Source: the human T2T-CHM13v2.0 reference genome, Homo sapiens. Taken from it: a stretch of DNA of 64,000 bases. The notes beneath the pieces are model-generated. The model had not been told where the DNA came from and did no database searches. It worked only from the letters and a program-made list of their open reading frames with translations. Both the position numbers and the translations under genes were made by a program. The stretch is from the NCBI RefSeq assembly GCF_009914755.1, contig NC_060927.1; one strand, 5' to 3'. Position 1 is the stretch's first letter; every line of letters begins with the position of its first letter. Below are positions 14,398 through 26,010 of the stretch, one piece after another.

Positions 14398-15309
14398 TGG
14401 AACCATCTTTGCAAAAATTATAACAGTGAGAAAATTATGACAGTGAAAAAGATCTGACCTAACCAACTTCATCTTGCTTCTAACCTCCAAGCTGTCCTTG
14501 TTCATGCCTGGGTATAGGCCAAACTAACTTTGAGAGGAACTTAGTTTATTGTTTAACTTTGAAATTAAGGTGATAACAGCCCTTTCCCAAAAGAAAACTT
14601 CCTCTTCCTTGGGAACTGTACTGCCATTGCAGGACTAACAAATTAGCCATAAGATTAGAAATTACGATTTAGGAGTCACAGTTGTAAAACCTGAGATCAG
14701 TGTGCTTGAGATATTTTGCTGACTCTACGTTCTGATGCACCAGCTGATACCACCAAGATTGATAAACTACCTCATCTGGTCTTGTGACCCCAACCCAGGA
14801 ACTGACTCAGTGCAAGAGGACAGCCTCAACACTATAATTTCATCTTCGACTTTACCAATCAGCACACTCTACTTTCTGATCCCCTACCCACAAAAGTGTC
14901 CTTAAAATCCCTGATCCCCAAATTTTCAGAGAGATTGATTTGAGTGTTAATTCCATCTCCTATCAGCCAGTAACATAAAGTTTCATCCGGCCACACACAA
15001 TGGCTAGTGCCTGAAATTCTAGCTGCTCAGGAGGCCGAGGCAGGATTTCAAGACAAGCCTGGGCAGACTTTTGCATTTCTGATGACTAATGGATGGGTTT
15101 TACCGAGAAGTGGACTCCCCGGCCCTCCAAACTATCCTCGAAAAACCCTAGCCTCCTAATTTTTGGGGAGATTAATTTGAGTAATGATAATTCTGTCTCC
15201 CACATAGCATGACTGGCCTCATGTCAATTAATCTTTACAGCAATGCTGTGGTCTCAGTAAATTGTTTTCATCTGTGCAGGGGGCAGGAAGAACCCATCAG
15301 GTGGTTACA
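14398..15309 (+). mobile_element. LTR8-family solo LTR with an internal duplication and insert
   Basis: TGGAACCATCTTTGCAAAAATTATAACAGTGAGAAAATTATGACAGTG matches the recalled LTR8A start; ends ...GAACCCATCAGGTGGTTACA. Confidence 0.82.
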
Positions 15310-16572
15310 CCTTCCTGCAATACATTTTCACCCATGAAAATTTGTTCTTCTTCCCCCTAGCAAAAATTAAAACGCAGAACATGGAACAAAACTAGGAGAA
15401 GCTCTTATCAAGTCAAAATGTGTCTTGTTATATATAATTTTTTCCCATTACAATGAGTGCAAATTTGCCAGAAGCCAACAATTTCAACCTTGTCTGCCTA
15501 AAATTTAGCTAGCAAACCTCTGCCCTATGAATGTCCTCAGCTTCTTGCTAAATACACACTTTGACTCTTTTAGAAGAATTAATTTAGTATTATTGGTAGA
15601 GAAATAAACACAAACTAATACAGCAACCAAAATGTTTGAAGGGAAAATTTACTATGTATCTAAAAAGCAACGTAAGTGAAGAATCATATTTTATTGATTG
15701 TGTTAGGACAAGTGACCACTGCTTATATAAAAATTACACTAACATGGCTTTATAATATTGTGAAATAATTTTCTTTCTTCTACTTTCCTCTGTTCCTGTG
15801 TCTCACTCAAGCAAGCAGCCTATACCTTATTTTAATGCTACAGGGAACATTTTTACGGGGCTAGTACATAGAGGTAGACTTAAGTTTGAATTTTCATACA
15901 TCTTAAGCTCTTAGAAAAATTGAAAGATAAAAAAATAAAGGAAAGAAAGTGGGACTATCTGCCCTATTAAAAGATTAAAAGGAAATACTTCAAGTGGTGG
16001 AGCAGAGGGATGTTCTTATGCCAGAAGAGCAAAGGAAACCTGTGCCCTGCTGGCTGGAATCACCTCAAGGATAATTATTAGATACCTAAAAGGAAGGTTT
16101 GCATTGTGCATAGCAGATGGAAACTAAGGTAGGAGGCCTTACAGATTATTTTTATTACAGCAAGAAATCAAAGAAATGTGCTAATACTGAAGGGGTATGC
16201 AGAAATAAATCTCACATCTATATCAAGTTGAGACCTGATGATACTGAGAATAAAATAAATCCCACCCAGTGCACTGGCATTGTATTATCCTGATAAAATT
16301 TTGCAAAGGGGTCACAGACTCAGGAAGAACTGGAGTTTTCCACTAGCCTAGAATGACAGGTCTTGGATTTAGAAATTAATTTGATTTATAGAAAAGAAAG
16401 TGATCTTTCTTGTGCACCTATGTCTGTTAATGGACATTTTTATAGTTTATATGTTGTAGAACTATCGGTGAAATATAAAATTACCAATATCTAAAGTTGC
16501 ACATAGCAAATTTGTAACTGCCTAAAAACTGAAAGAAAAATCTAACATTTTGACATATTTTACTTTTGCCAG

Positions 16573-17371
16573 TGTTGACAAAAAGAGTCAAACTCTGTAA
16601 GATATTTGAAGAGATTTATTCTGAGCCAAATATGAGTGGCCGTGGCCCATGATACAGCCCTCAGGAGGTCCTGAGAACATGTGCCTAAGGTGGTCGGGGT
16701 GCAGCTTGGCTTTATATATTTCAGGTAGGTAGGAGACATCAACCAAATACATTTAAGAAATACACTGGTTTGCTTTAGGAATGTGGGACAACTCAAAGAG
16801 GGTGAATTCCAGGCTATAGGTAAATTTAAACATTTTCCGGGTGACAATTGGTTGAGTTTGTCTAAAATCTGGAATTGATAGAAAGGAATGTTCAGGCTAA
16901 AGATAAAGAACTGTGGAGACTACGTTTTATTGTTCAGAGGAAGCTCTTAGATAGCTGACTTTAGAGAGAGCAGGTGGTAAACTGTTTTTTATCGTACTTA
17001 AAAGGGTGCCTGGCTCTTCGTTGATTATCTCCTGGATATGGGAAGGAAGGAAGGAAGGAAGGAAGGAAGGAAGGAAGGAAGGAAGGAAGGAAGGAAGACA
17101 AAGGGGGAAGGGGATTCTCTATAGAATATGGCTTTTCCCACAAGAGACTTTGCAGGGCAATTTCGAGGCATGGCAAAGAAATATGCTTTGGGGTTAAATT
17201 TTTTTTTTCCTGTCTCATAATGTTATGCCAGAGTCAGATTGAAAACTAAGTCACAATAAATAGGGCCAATAAAACCCATCTGATGAGAATTTATGGTTTG
17301 TAGGGCATGACTCTCTAGACCCCCTAGGTAGGAATTTGGGTGAGCTAAAAAATATCAAAGCTTAGTCCTCA
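16573..17371 (-). mobile_element. MER4E-type ERV1 solo LTR
   Basis: TGTTGACAAAAAGAGTCAAACTCTG ... CTTAGTCCTCA; TSD CCAG/CAAG. Confidence 0.85.
17041..17096. repeat. (GGAA)14 microsatellite inside the LTR
   Basis: 14 perfect GGAA units counted. Confidence 0.97.
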
Positions 17372-18479
17372 CAAGATTGGCCCAATATTGTTGGACTTTA
17401 TGAAAATAATGAACACAAAGAAAGCTTCTAGTGGCAGAAACAATAAAAAATAAAATTTGATAAGAGCAAAACTGATGAATGTCAAAAAAACAACTACACC
17501 AAAATAATTTATTTTATAAAAATAATTGTAGTAAAATTAAAATTAAGAAATAGGAAATAGTTTAACTATATAGAAAATGAAGTAAGCAACTAAATTTGCT
17601 TAATATAGCTTATTTCAAAAATATTTTTTCTGATGAAAATGCACCAATATTGTTCTAATTCTGATATTAAGATATGCATTCATTAACTCACAATAAAATA
17701 TCATTAGGTTCAAAATTAAATCCATGAAGATATGATCTACAGATCCTTTAGCCTGACTTGTTTATGTCTAAATAACTAAAGTAGACACTTCAAATTATTG
17801 TTCCAAAAAATAAGATGTATTACATAATAATTTTCTTTTTTACTTTTGCACACGTTTAGCAAATTATAATTGATTATTTTTACTTACCAAAAACAGGGAA
17901 AATTAGTGATAGGAGGAGAGAAAGAAAGGATGACAAAAGAAAGAAAAAGAAAGGAAAAATGAAAAGGAGGAGATGTGAGCATATTCTAACAGGCAGTTAG
18001 ATTGACTGGATCATTTGAGAGTAATTTCACTGAAATTGTTTGAGTGGGAGTTAGACTGCAATTATCTGGGAGAAATGGACGTCTAGGAAGTAAAAATAAG
18101 ACAGTAGCCTATTATTTCAAAAGCCTCACTCTGAAGGGCAGACATCAAACTCATAGCACAGTTTTTTATGTTAGTTTTATTGCATATATTAACTGTATAT
18201 TCACCCTAGGTTTACTTTTTCATTTAGGTTTTGGCCTGATATTGTTTCCAATATTGTCAGTTCATTAGTCAGTCTTTTACAAAGACTGTTTTTTTTTTTT
18301 TCCCCTAAGGCTTGAAGTTGATCCGAATAAACTATCCTGCCATACTTAAAGGAGAAGTCCCTGAATATGTACATGTAAATTCTCTAAGTTTTGAGCAGAC
18401 TTATCATTATCAGTTAATAAGGTTCATTTGTGCCATTGTTTGCAATTCTTTTTTTGGTTTTATTTATTTTGGTCTTACT

Positions 18480-19095
18480 TTGCTGGCTAGATTCTCAAAG
18501 TGTTGAATAGAAGCACTATTAGTACAGAACCCGTCATTTCTATTTTAAAGGAAAGGTCTCTGACCTTTAAATAGTATAAGTATTGTTGTAAGTATCAAAG
18601 AAAGAAACTCTTTCTCTTTATAATTTTCAAAGTTGTCTTTTTTAAATCATGAATATTTCGTGAATTTAAACCAATATTTTTAGTGCATTTATTGAGATTA
18701 TATGAATCTTTTAAATTCATTAAATTGTTTTAAATCCTTTAAAGTATTATTGTCAAATGTACAGACTTTTGATGATAAACTTTCCATGTTTCCCTAGGAT
18801 ACATTTAACTTGTTTACGATGCATTTTTAATACACTGCTAGATTTAGTCTTTTCTTTTGTTTCTAATTTTGTGTCTACATTTTTAAATGAGACTAGCCAA
18901 TAATGTTTGTTTCTTTCTTTTATTGTGTATATCAGTTTGGGTATCAAGGTTATGCTAGCCTCATAAAATGAAATGAAGAATATTTTCTTTATTGTTTCTG
19001 TTTTCTGAAAAAGTTTTTCAATAATTTTTTTGGTGGAACTCATTGGTGAGGCAGTCTGGGCTAGGAATTTTCTCTTGGGGAAGATTTTTAACATC
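18480..19095 (-). mobile_element. Ancient L1M ORF2 fragment
   Basis: Minus-strand ORF contains FYEASITLIPK, an L1 ORF2 motif. Confidence 0.75.
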
Positions 19096-20655
19096 TGTAA
19101 AGATATGGGAAAAAAAAACTCAGTTTTTTTCACTGTATTGTCACAACACAACACAGAATACTTCTGTGACCCCAGTTATTGCAAGAGGTCGGGGACAGTT
19201 TCCCAACACATCAAGGAAGCAATGTTTTCTGCAGTGGACACCAGCTGGGTGTCCTCTAATTCAGTTAAGTTTTGTCACTATCTACCTGGAGGTAGCATCA
19301 GACCCCAGAGGTTGACAGCTCAGACCCACAGGACTGCCACCTCCTAGTTAGACACTAGTTGCAAATAGTTGAGTGTTACCTATACTTCTGACCCATGAGC
19401 TATAAATCGGGGGTCCCTCCCAAATCCCTTCTTGAGTTTGATTAATTTGTTGCTAGAATGCCTCACTAAACTCAGGGAAACAGTTACTTCTATTTACTGT
19501 TTTATTATGAAGATATTACAAAGAATACAGATAAAGAGACTGTAATCCAAAAGACCACCAAGATGGCTAAATAGTAGAAAAGAGAACTTTACTGGTGATA
19601 TCAGTTTGCAAACCAATAATGGAAAGTCTCCATCAAGGACCAAAGATGCTCTCTCCAAAGAGAGGAAGAGCAGATTGGATTTTATATCTCACAGGGCCTG
19701 TATGACTCAATAACGTCATACATATTCAGAAAGTTTGGAAGAAAAGTTGCACATATTTATGAGAGGGGTAAAGCACACGCATAATGGGTAAACATATGTG
19801 TAACATACACCCCATGTTCACTTTGGGGTGGGGTTTTAGCATTAAAGGAAAATGGAAATTGGCTCTTTATACCAAAAAGTGAACTCTCGGACACAAAGAT
19901 TGTTTGTGCACAGCCTATATAAGGTGGGTGAAACTGGCTTAAAGTCTGCAGTTACTTATAAGAAGAGAATGATTGTAAGGCCAGTCCTCTATCCAACCAG
20001 GGTTGTAATAGTCTGGGTTGTAAATCAGAGTTAGGAGAGGTCTGACAATTTCCCTGATAGCTTCTATTGTTAGAGAGTTTTGCAAGAGTGTGGTTTCTCT
20101 TGCAGTTGTAGGAATTTAGATATTTGCTATATCAGCTGGGACCTGGACCCTCAACCTATACGTAACTTTTGTTTCCTTAACCTTCAGATCCACCTTAGTT
20201 GTTAAGAGAGCATCTCAGATCACAAGATGCACAGGGTGAGGTTATGTGGGAAGGAGAGCAGAGCTTCCCCGCCTCTCCAGGTGAAAGCCTCCCTCCAGGA
20301 ACTTCCATATATTCAGTATCCAGAAGCTCTCCCAATCCAGTTCTTCTGCGTCTTTACTGAGGCTTTATTACTTAGGCATGATTGATTAAATCATTGGTAA
20401 GTATTGATGATCAACTTAATCTTCAGCCCCTCTCTCCTCCTCAGAGGCTGCAGGGTGAAACTAAAAGTCTCACTCCTCTAATTCTGCCTTGGTCTTTCAG
20501 TGAAGAGCCCCCATCCTGAAACAATCCGGGGGCCTCAGCCACAGTCATTTCATCATGGTACAAAAGACACTCATCACTCTAGAGATTCCAAGGATTTTAG
20601 GACATGTATATCAGGAAACTAGAGGAAGACCAAATGTACATTCCACGATATCACA
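19096..20655 (-). mobile_element. MER21-family LTR, interrupted by a second LTR
   Basis: GGACACCAGCTGGGTGTCCTCTAATTCA and CACTATCTACCTGGAG motifs; TG...CA ends; TSD ACATC/AAATC. Confidence 0.8.
19541..20224 (-). mobile_element. ERV1 solo LTR (LTR26-like) nested in MER21
   Basis: TGTAATCC...CAGATCACA ends; TSD AGAC/AGAT; MER21 is contiguous across the insertion. Confidence 0.75.
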
Positions 20656-20777
20656 AAATCTAAATTGTCTTAATTTTAGGATAGCTGGATATTCTCTTTC
20701 TTCTTAGTTGGGTAGGGAATATTTTCCTACAATTGTTTTCCTTTATGCCTAAATTTTTAAATTTATTGGTTTAAAGC

Positions 20778-20975
20778 AGGGGTCAGAAAACTTTTTTTGA
20801 AATGGGACAGATAGTAAATATTTTAGGCTTTGTAGAACACAAATGGCCTCTGCCAAATATTTTTTGTTTCTTTGTTTTTACCTTTGTTTTTATAATCTTT
20901 TAATAATGTAAAAACCATTTTTGACTTAAGTATTATACAAAAATGGCTTAGGTCAAACTGTGGCCTAAAGTTGTT
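20778..20975 (+). mobile_element. MER58-like hAT MITE
   Basis: CAGGGGTCAGAAAACTTT ... CAGATAGTAAATATTTTAGGCTTTG. Confidence 0.7.
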
Positions 20976-21149
20976 TTAAAAATATTACCATTTAAGAGCC
21001 TATAATACTTGTAATTATAATGCTTTCTCTTACTGATATTGGTTATTATTGACTTTTCTGTCTGGATTCTTTGCATTACAGAATTATTAACTTTATTAGT
21101 CTGTTTTAAAAATAAAGTACAAATAGCAAGACTCTAGCTTAAGCCTCGC

Positions 21150-21735
21150 CACATTGATCATTATTATCTATACAATCCAATGAAGAGATTGTTAAACTGG
21201 GTAAAAAAGAAAGGCTTAACTATTTGTTGCTTATAAGAAACTCACTTTAAAATAACAATTCGAATAGGTTAAGAGTAAGAAAATGCATAAAGATTTACTT
21301 ATGCAAATTCTAATCAAAGAAAACTGGAATGTCTATAGTACTATCAGACTAAGAAGTCTTAAGAAAAGGAACCATTGCCAGGGTTAAAAAGACATTTTAT
21401 AATGATAAAAGAATAATTCATCCAAAAGTCATAAAAATCTTAAATATGGGTGCACCCAATGATAAAGCTTCAAAATACATAAACGAAATCTGACAGAACT
21501 GATAAAAGAAACCGACAAACCCACAATTAAATTTGGAGACGTTAAAGCCCTTGTCTCAGTAATTGCTAGAACAGAGAGTGAATTAGTAAAGATACAGAAT
21601 TATTAAACAACACTGTAAATCACCTGGGCTTAACTGACATATACGGACCACTGCACTCCAGTTCTTTCCAAATACACATGTAACAATCACCAAGATAGAC
21701 CGTTTGCTCAGCAAAAAAATGGGCCTCAGTAAATC
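21150..21735 (+). mobile_element. L1M ORF2 endonuclease-region remnant
   Basis: TGTTGCTTATAAGAAACTCACTTT, ATAATGATAAAAG, GCTTCAAAATACAT and CACCAAGATAGACC are typical L1 EN-domain stretches. Confidence 0.75.
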
Positions 21736-24009
21736 TTTTGTTGTTTTGCTTGTCATGTTCTGCTTAGTAACAAAACTACTTTATTCATAGGTCTTTTTAC
21801 CAAGCAGGTGGTTTGATGTATTTTGTTTGTTTGTTTTTGATTCACCATTACCTTGATTATGTAGCCCTTTGTAGTCTCATTTTTATGGGATTTTTATGGG
21901 AGGATTAACTCTCGGTCCCAAACTGTGGCAAATTTGAACTTTGGACTTTTTCTTCTACTCCCAACCAGGCTTTCAGAGGCAGAGTTAGCGCTTACCTAGT
22001 GTGTAAGTGCCTTGGGGAAAAAAATGGTCTTTACACTCTATCTAAATGTTTATACTCTTGCTTCTGCTTCATTTTCTTCTGGTAATTTCTCACTATCTTG
22101 TCTGTGTTTGATGCATTTAAGTATCTACTTTTCAAACTTTTAGCCAGCATTTTCAGTTTTTTTCAACAGGCGTGGAGGTATGAATACTCCAGCCTGTTAT
22201 ATTATCAGGATCGTTGACCCACTAAACAGGATCATTGACCCACTAAACAACATACAACAGTGATACGATTTCTCAATAAAATTAGTTCTCTATTTACTAT
22301 TTGTGGCTGAATGGTATTTCCTGGCTAGATTTAACAAAATTTATATACTCAGTTATCTACCTATTTTCTTTACATTTCTTCTTTTAGTTTTTTAAATGGA
22401 TAACTCAGTTATAATTTTGCTTGTACCTAGCTTTTGTGTACTTTTCTACTTCATACAAATACATTTATAGCATTGAGCTAAAATAATTTAGAATTTTTCA
22501 ACTATACTAATTCTTAGAAAGAACAAAGAATAAAGCAAGTGTTGACTGTTTATCATAATTCTAGAATATTGTATTATACTGTGATTTAATTGCTTTTAAC
22601 TTGCATTATAGCACAAATTTAAAGTGAGACATTTTGCAAAAACTTTCTAATTTCTTCACGTATTTTCTCCTTTTTGAATCATTTGATATTCAAATAAGTC
22701 TGATTTAAAGCACCTATTATTTCAACATTATTGCCAAGTTTCTTGTCTTCAATTATTGGAATCATCAATTGTAGACTTTTGTGTGATTGACCTTTATCAT
22801 AAAACATAAATTGCAATCATATTTTTTAAGAAGCATGGTGGACATGAGTAGATGGAAAATTAAGATGCTTTGTGAAATGGCCTTTCTTAATACGTGAAGG
22901 GAAAAAAATGCTTGTAAGATATTTACATTTGTACATAGATAAATGGACTGGAAACCAATGATCCTATTGGAGTTTAGCCAGTTGGCTTAAAGGCCTCAGT
23001 GAAGGTTAGAGACACATGTGCTCCTCCACTGCTCTTTATCAAGTTTACACATCATCTCCCCGTGTTTACTCATAGTTAGTGAGAAGAAGCAAAAATACAA
23101 ATGTTTGCCACCAACTCTTGTACATGTGTTTTTTAACTACAAACTTGTGATAGTTTAACCACATGGTTGTAAAACATATTTATTATAGGAAAATGTATTT
23201 TAAGTTATTAAAGAGCAGGAATTAAACAGACTTGTTTATTGTTCTTAACCCACCAATATTATTTAATATTTTTGAAATAATTTTACCTGTGCTGCTTCTT
23301 TATCAGTGGAGATTAATGTTACCTTCCACAGATCTAATCTGAGCACAATGTGAAGCTTAGGTTTTTTTGATAAAACACAAATTTCTTCCTGTCATTTATC
23401 CATGATTTTGAATATGATTCAAACAACTCTAAAATATCATTATTCTTGACTTCATCAAATTCTTTACCTTTCACAAGATTTTCAATTTCACTCTGCAGTC
23501 ATTTTGCACCACAGTTATACTTTATGATTATCTCTGTATAAACCCATATTTTAAAACTATTCAAAGATCTGAAATTATATTAAGAACAAGGGCAGCACTA
23601 TTTTTAAGTGAAAAGAAATGCTTATACGTGATCAATAATGATAAGTTTCAGTCTGCTAAGCAGATGCATTATGGTCTCAGATAATGAATAGTGAAATAGT
23701 AGTTTATCCTGGGTCTGTGTCTCTTATCTGTAATCTTTTTCATTGGGCTGTATATCAGTGCTTGTAACATACTGTTTCTATTAGCCTGTGATACATTTTT
23801 AACCTAAAATTGCAAGTCCCATTTTATTTATAAAATTGCCTATTATCTTCTAAATAATCTTTAAGTGGACTGCTAAAATTCTGCAGAAAAAAAAAATTGA
23901 TATTACATTGAATTTCTAGCATAATGTAAGAATAACTAGCATATTTACAAAAAAAAGCAATATTTGTAACTCCTAAATGTAGAAAAAGAAAGCTAGTCTT
24001 ATTCAGATT

Positions 24010-24500
24010 AACCCAAATGCAAATTAAGACCAGAGTAGAATTTTACTTTTTACTTATTAAATTGGCAAAGACAAAACATTTGTGATGCTGTGCTGGAGAG
24101 GACATGTGAAAACAGGAACAGTTACGTATTAATGATGGGTGGGTAAATTGGAGCTATGGAGTACAAATATTTATGAAAATTTTAAATGCACATATTCATT
24201 TACCATCAAAACTGCTTTCAGTAATGTTTCCTACATATAAACTGACACATGTATAAACTATTATAGAAATGTTTTCATTGCAACCCAATTTGTTATGCAA
24301 ATATGGGGAATCACCTTAATGCCCAACTATAAAGAACTGAGTAAAAATATTTAATGTACCTTTATACAAGAGAACATTATGCCATCATCAAAAATATTCA
24401 AAAAGAAACTCTATAGGTATATAATTCAAGATAGATCATTAGATGAAATAAGGCAAGGGGAAGCGCAGCATGTATACCATGTAACCACTGGTGAGAAAAA
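24010..24500 (+). mobile_element. L1ME-like 3' fragment
   Basis: AATGCAAATTAAGAC ... AAATTGGCAAAG ... degenerate L1 3' end. Confidence 0.55.
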
Positions 24501-24507
24501 TATACAT

Positions 24508-24961
24508 TGTCAACCTTACAAAATGAGATTCAGAAAATATGATTAAGTATATGGTTTGAGTGCAAAGCCCTAGGATAGCCATTTGGGAAATATCAACTCC
24601 AAATGAATGGGGTCAATGTTCCAAAGTGGAAAAGTTAAGGTTTCACTTACTTAGGCAGATACAGAGAAATTTTAGCAGAATTACATTTTTCATATGAGAC
24701 CAGTGTATATGTTACCACGATTCTGTTGATTACAGATTGGATTATGTTATTACTTCATGAGGAAGGGTAGTGATTTGAGGGAGGCATCTTATCTCTGGTG
24801 CCACTTACTCTTAATTATTTACAAGAAGAAAAAGGCAGAAGTTGCAGCTGAATGCCACAAGACTCAGGCTGCATAGACATATTCCCCTCAAGGCTCAGAA
24901 GAATGTAAAGTTCCAACAGTGTTAAGTTTGAATTATTTTGTTTGAATTATTTAATTTTACA
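24508..24961 (-). mobile_element. ERV1 solo LTR (subfamily uncertain)
   Basis: TGTCAACC...TTTTACA ends with a perfect 4-bp TSD ACAT/ACAT. Confidence 0.7.
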
Positions 24962-26010
24962 ACATCCATTTATTTATGTATAAGTGTGTATAATATCTCT
25001 AGAAATCGCAGAAAGTGATGGCTATCTCTGCTGGGATTTGAGTAGCTAGCAACAGGGGAAAGACAGAGGCTGAACTCTTTGGCAAATATAATTTAAAATA
25101 TTGTACTATAATTACATTACAGCACAATAAAAAAAGTGTAAATATTGCACTTATAATAACAAAACAAAAATGACAAAAAAAAGTCTGAATGAAAAAAATT
25201 GGAAATTTTTTAAAATGTTAAGTAACAAATTATCAACCTCAATAGAAATCAAATTTGTATGATATTCTTTGTGACTCACCAGATAAATAATGACAAAAGC
25301 AAATTTTTTTATTAAAAAAAATACACCCACAATTAATAGCTGGCAGTGACTCAAAACTACGATACCTCTTTTTTGGAAAAAAAAATGAATGTTTGAAAGT
25401 GGCAAAAAAAAAAAGATATGAAATTGCAACTAGTCAATCCAAAGGTATATGTGGGAACAGCATCTGAAATTGCCAACTGGTTACCTTTAGAGCCTCTAAA
25501 GCTAAGGTAGATGTGATTACAGCTCTGATGTATCTCCCCTCACCAAAAAAGGTGACATTACAGCAGAAATGAAGCTGCGACATTCTTTTATTTTGTTCTT
25601 TTTACAGATATTTTTACTCGACAGCCTAATTGACCCACTCACTGTGATAACCCCAAAGTAGATAAAGAATAAATTCACCCACTTCTTTATAAGAGAAACA
25701 TCTAATTGCCAGAGGGAAACTACTACTTTCACAATTCAAAGCAGCCTCTTGACAATCTGATTTGGAGTCAGTCATGGTCAGATTCAGGAATCATCAAGCT
25801 GAGAACTTGAAATGAAGCACAAACCCACACCAGCCAGTGCAGCCACAGAGGGATAATAAAGGTCAACAAATAAAGGTGAAGAGAAATATAGAGGAAAAAA
25901 CCCACATTAAACGGATTTCAAACACAGTGTTAAAGACATTAGCTAATAGTTGATGTGGAAAATCCAGTGTTTTCAAATTTGAAATAATCCGGGCATTTTT
26001 AGTTTGATAG

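Noticed and set aside
16961-17218. Repetitive-peptide ORFs (PSFL and GRKE repeats)
   Set aside because: These are translations of the (GGAA)14 microsatellite.
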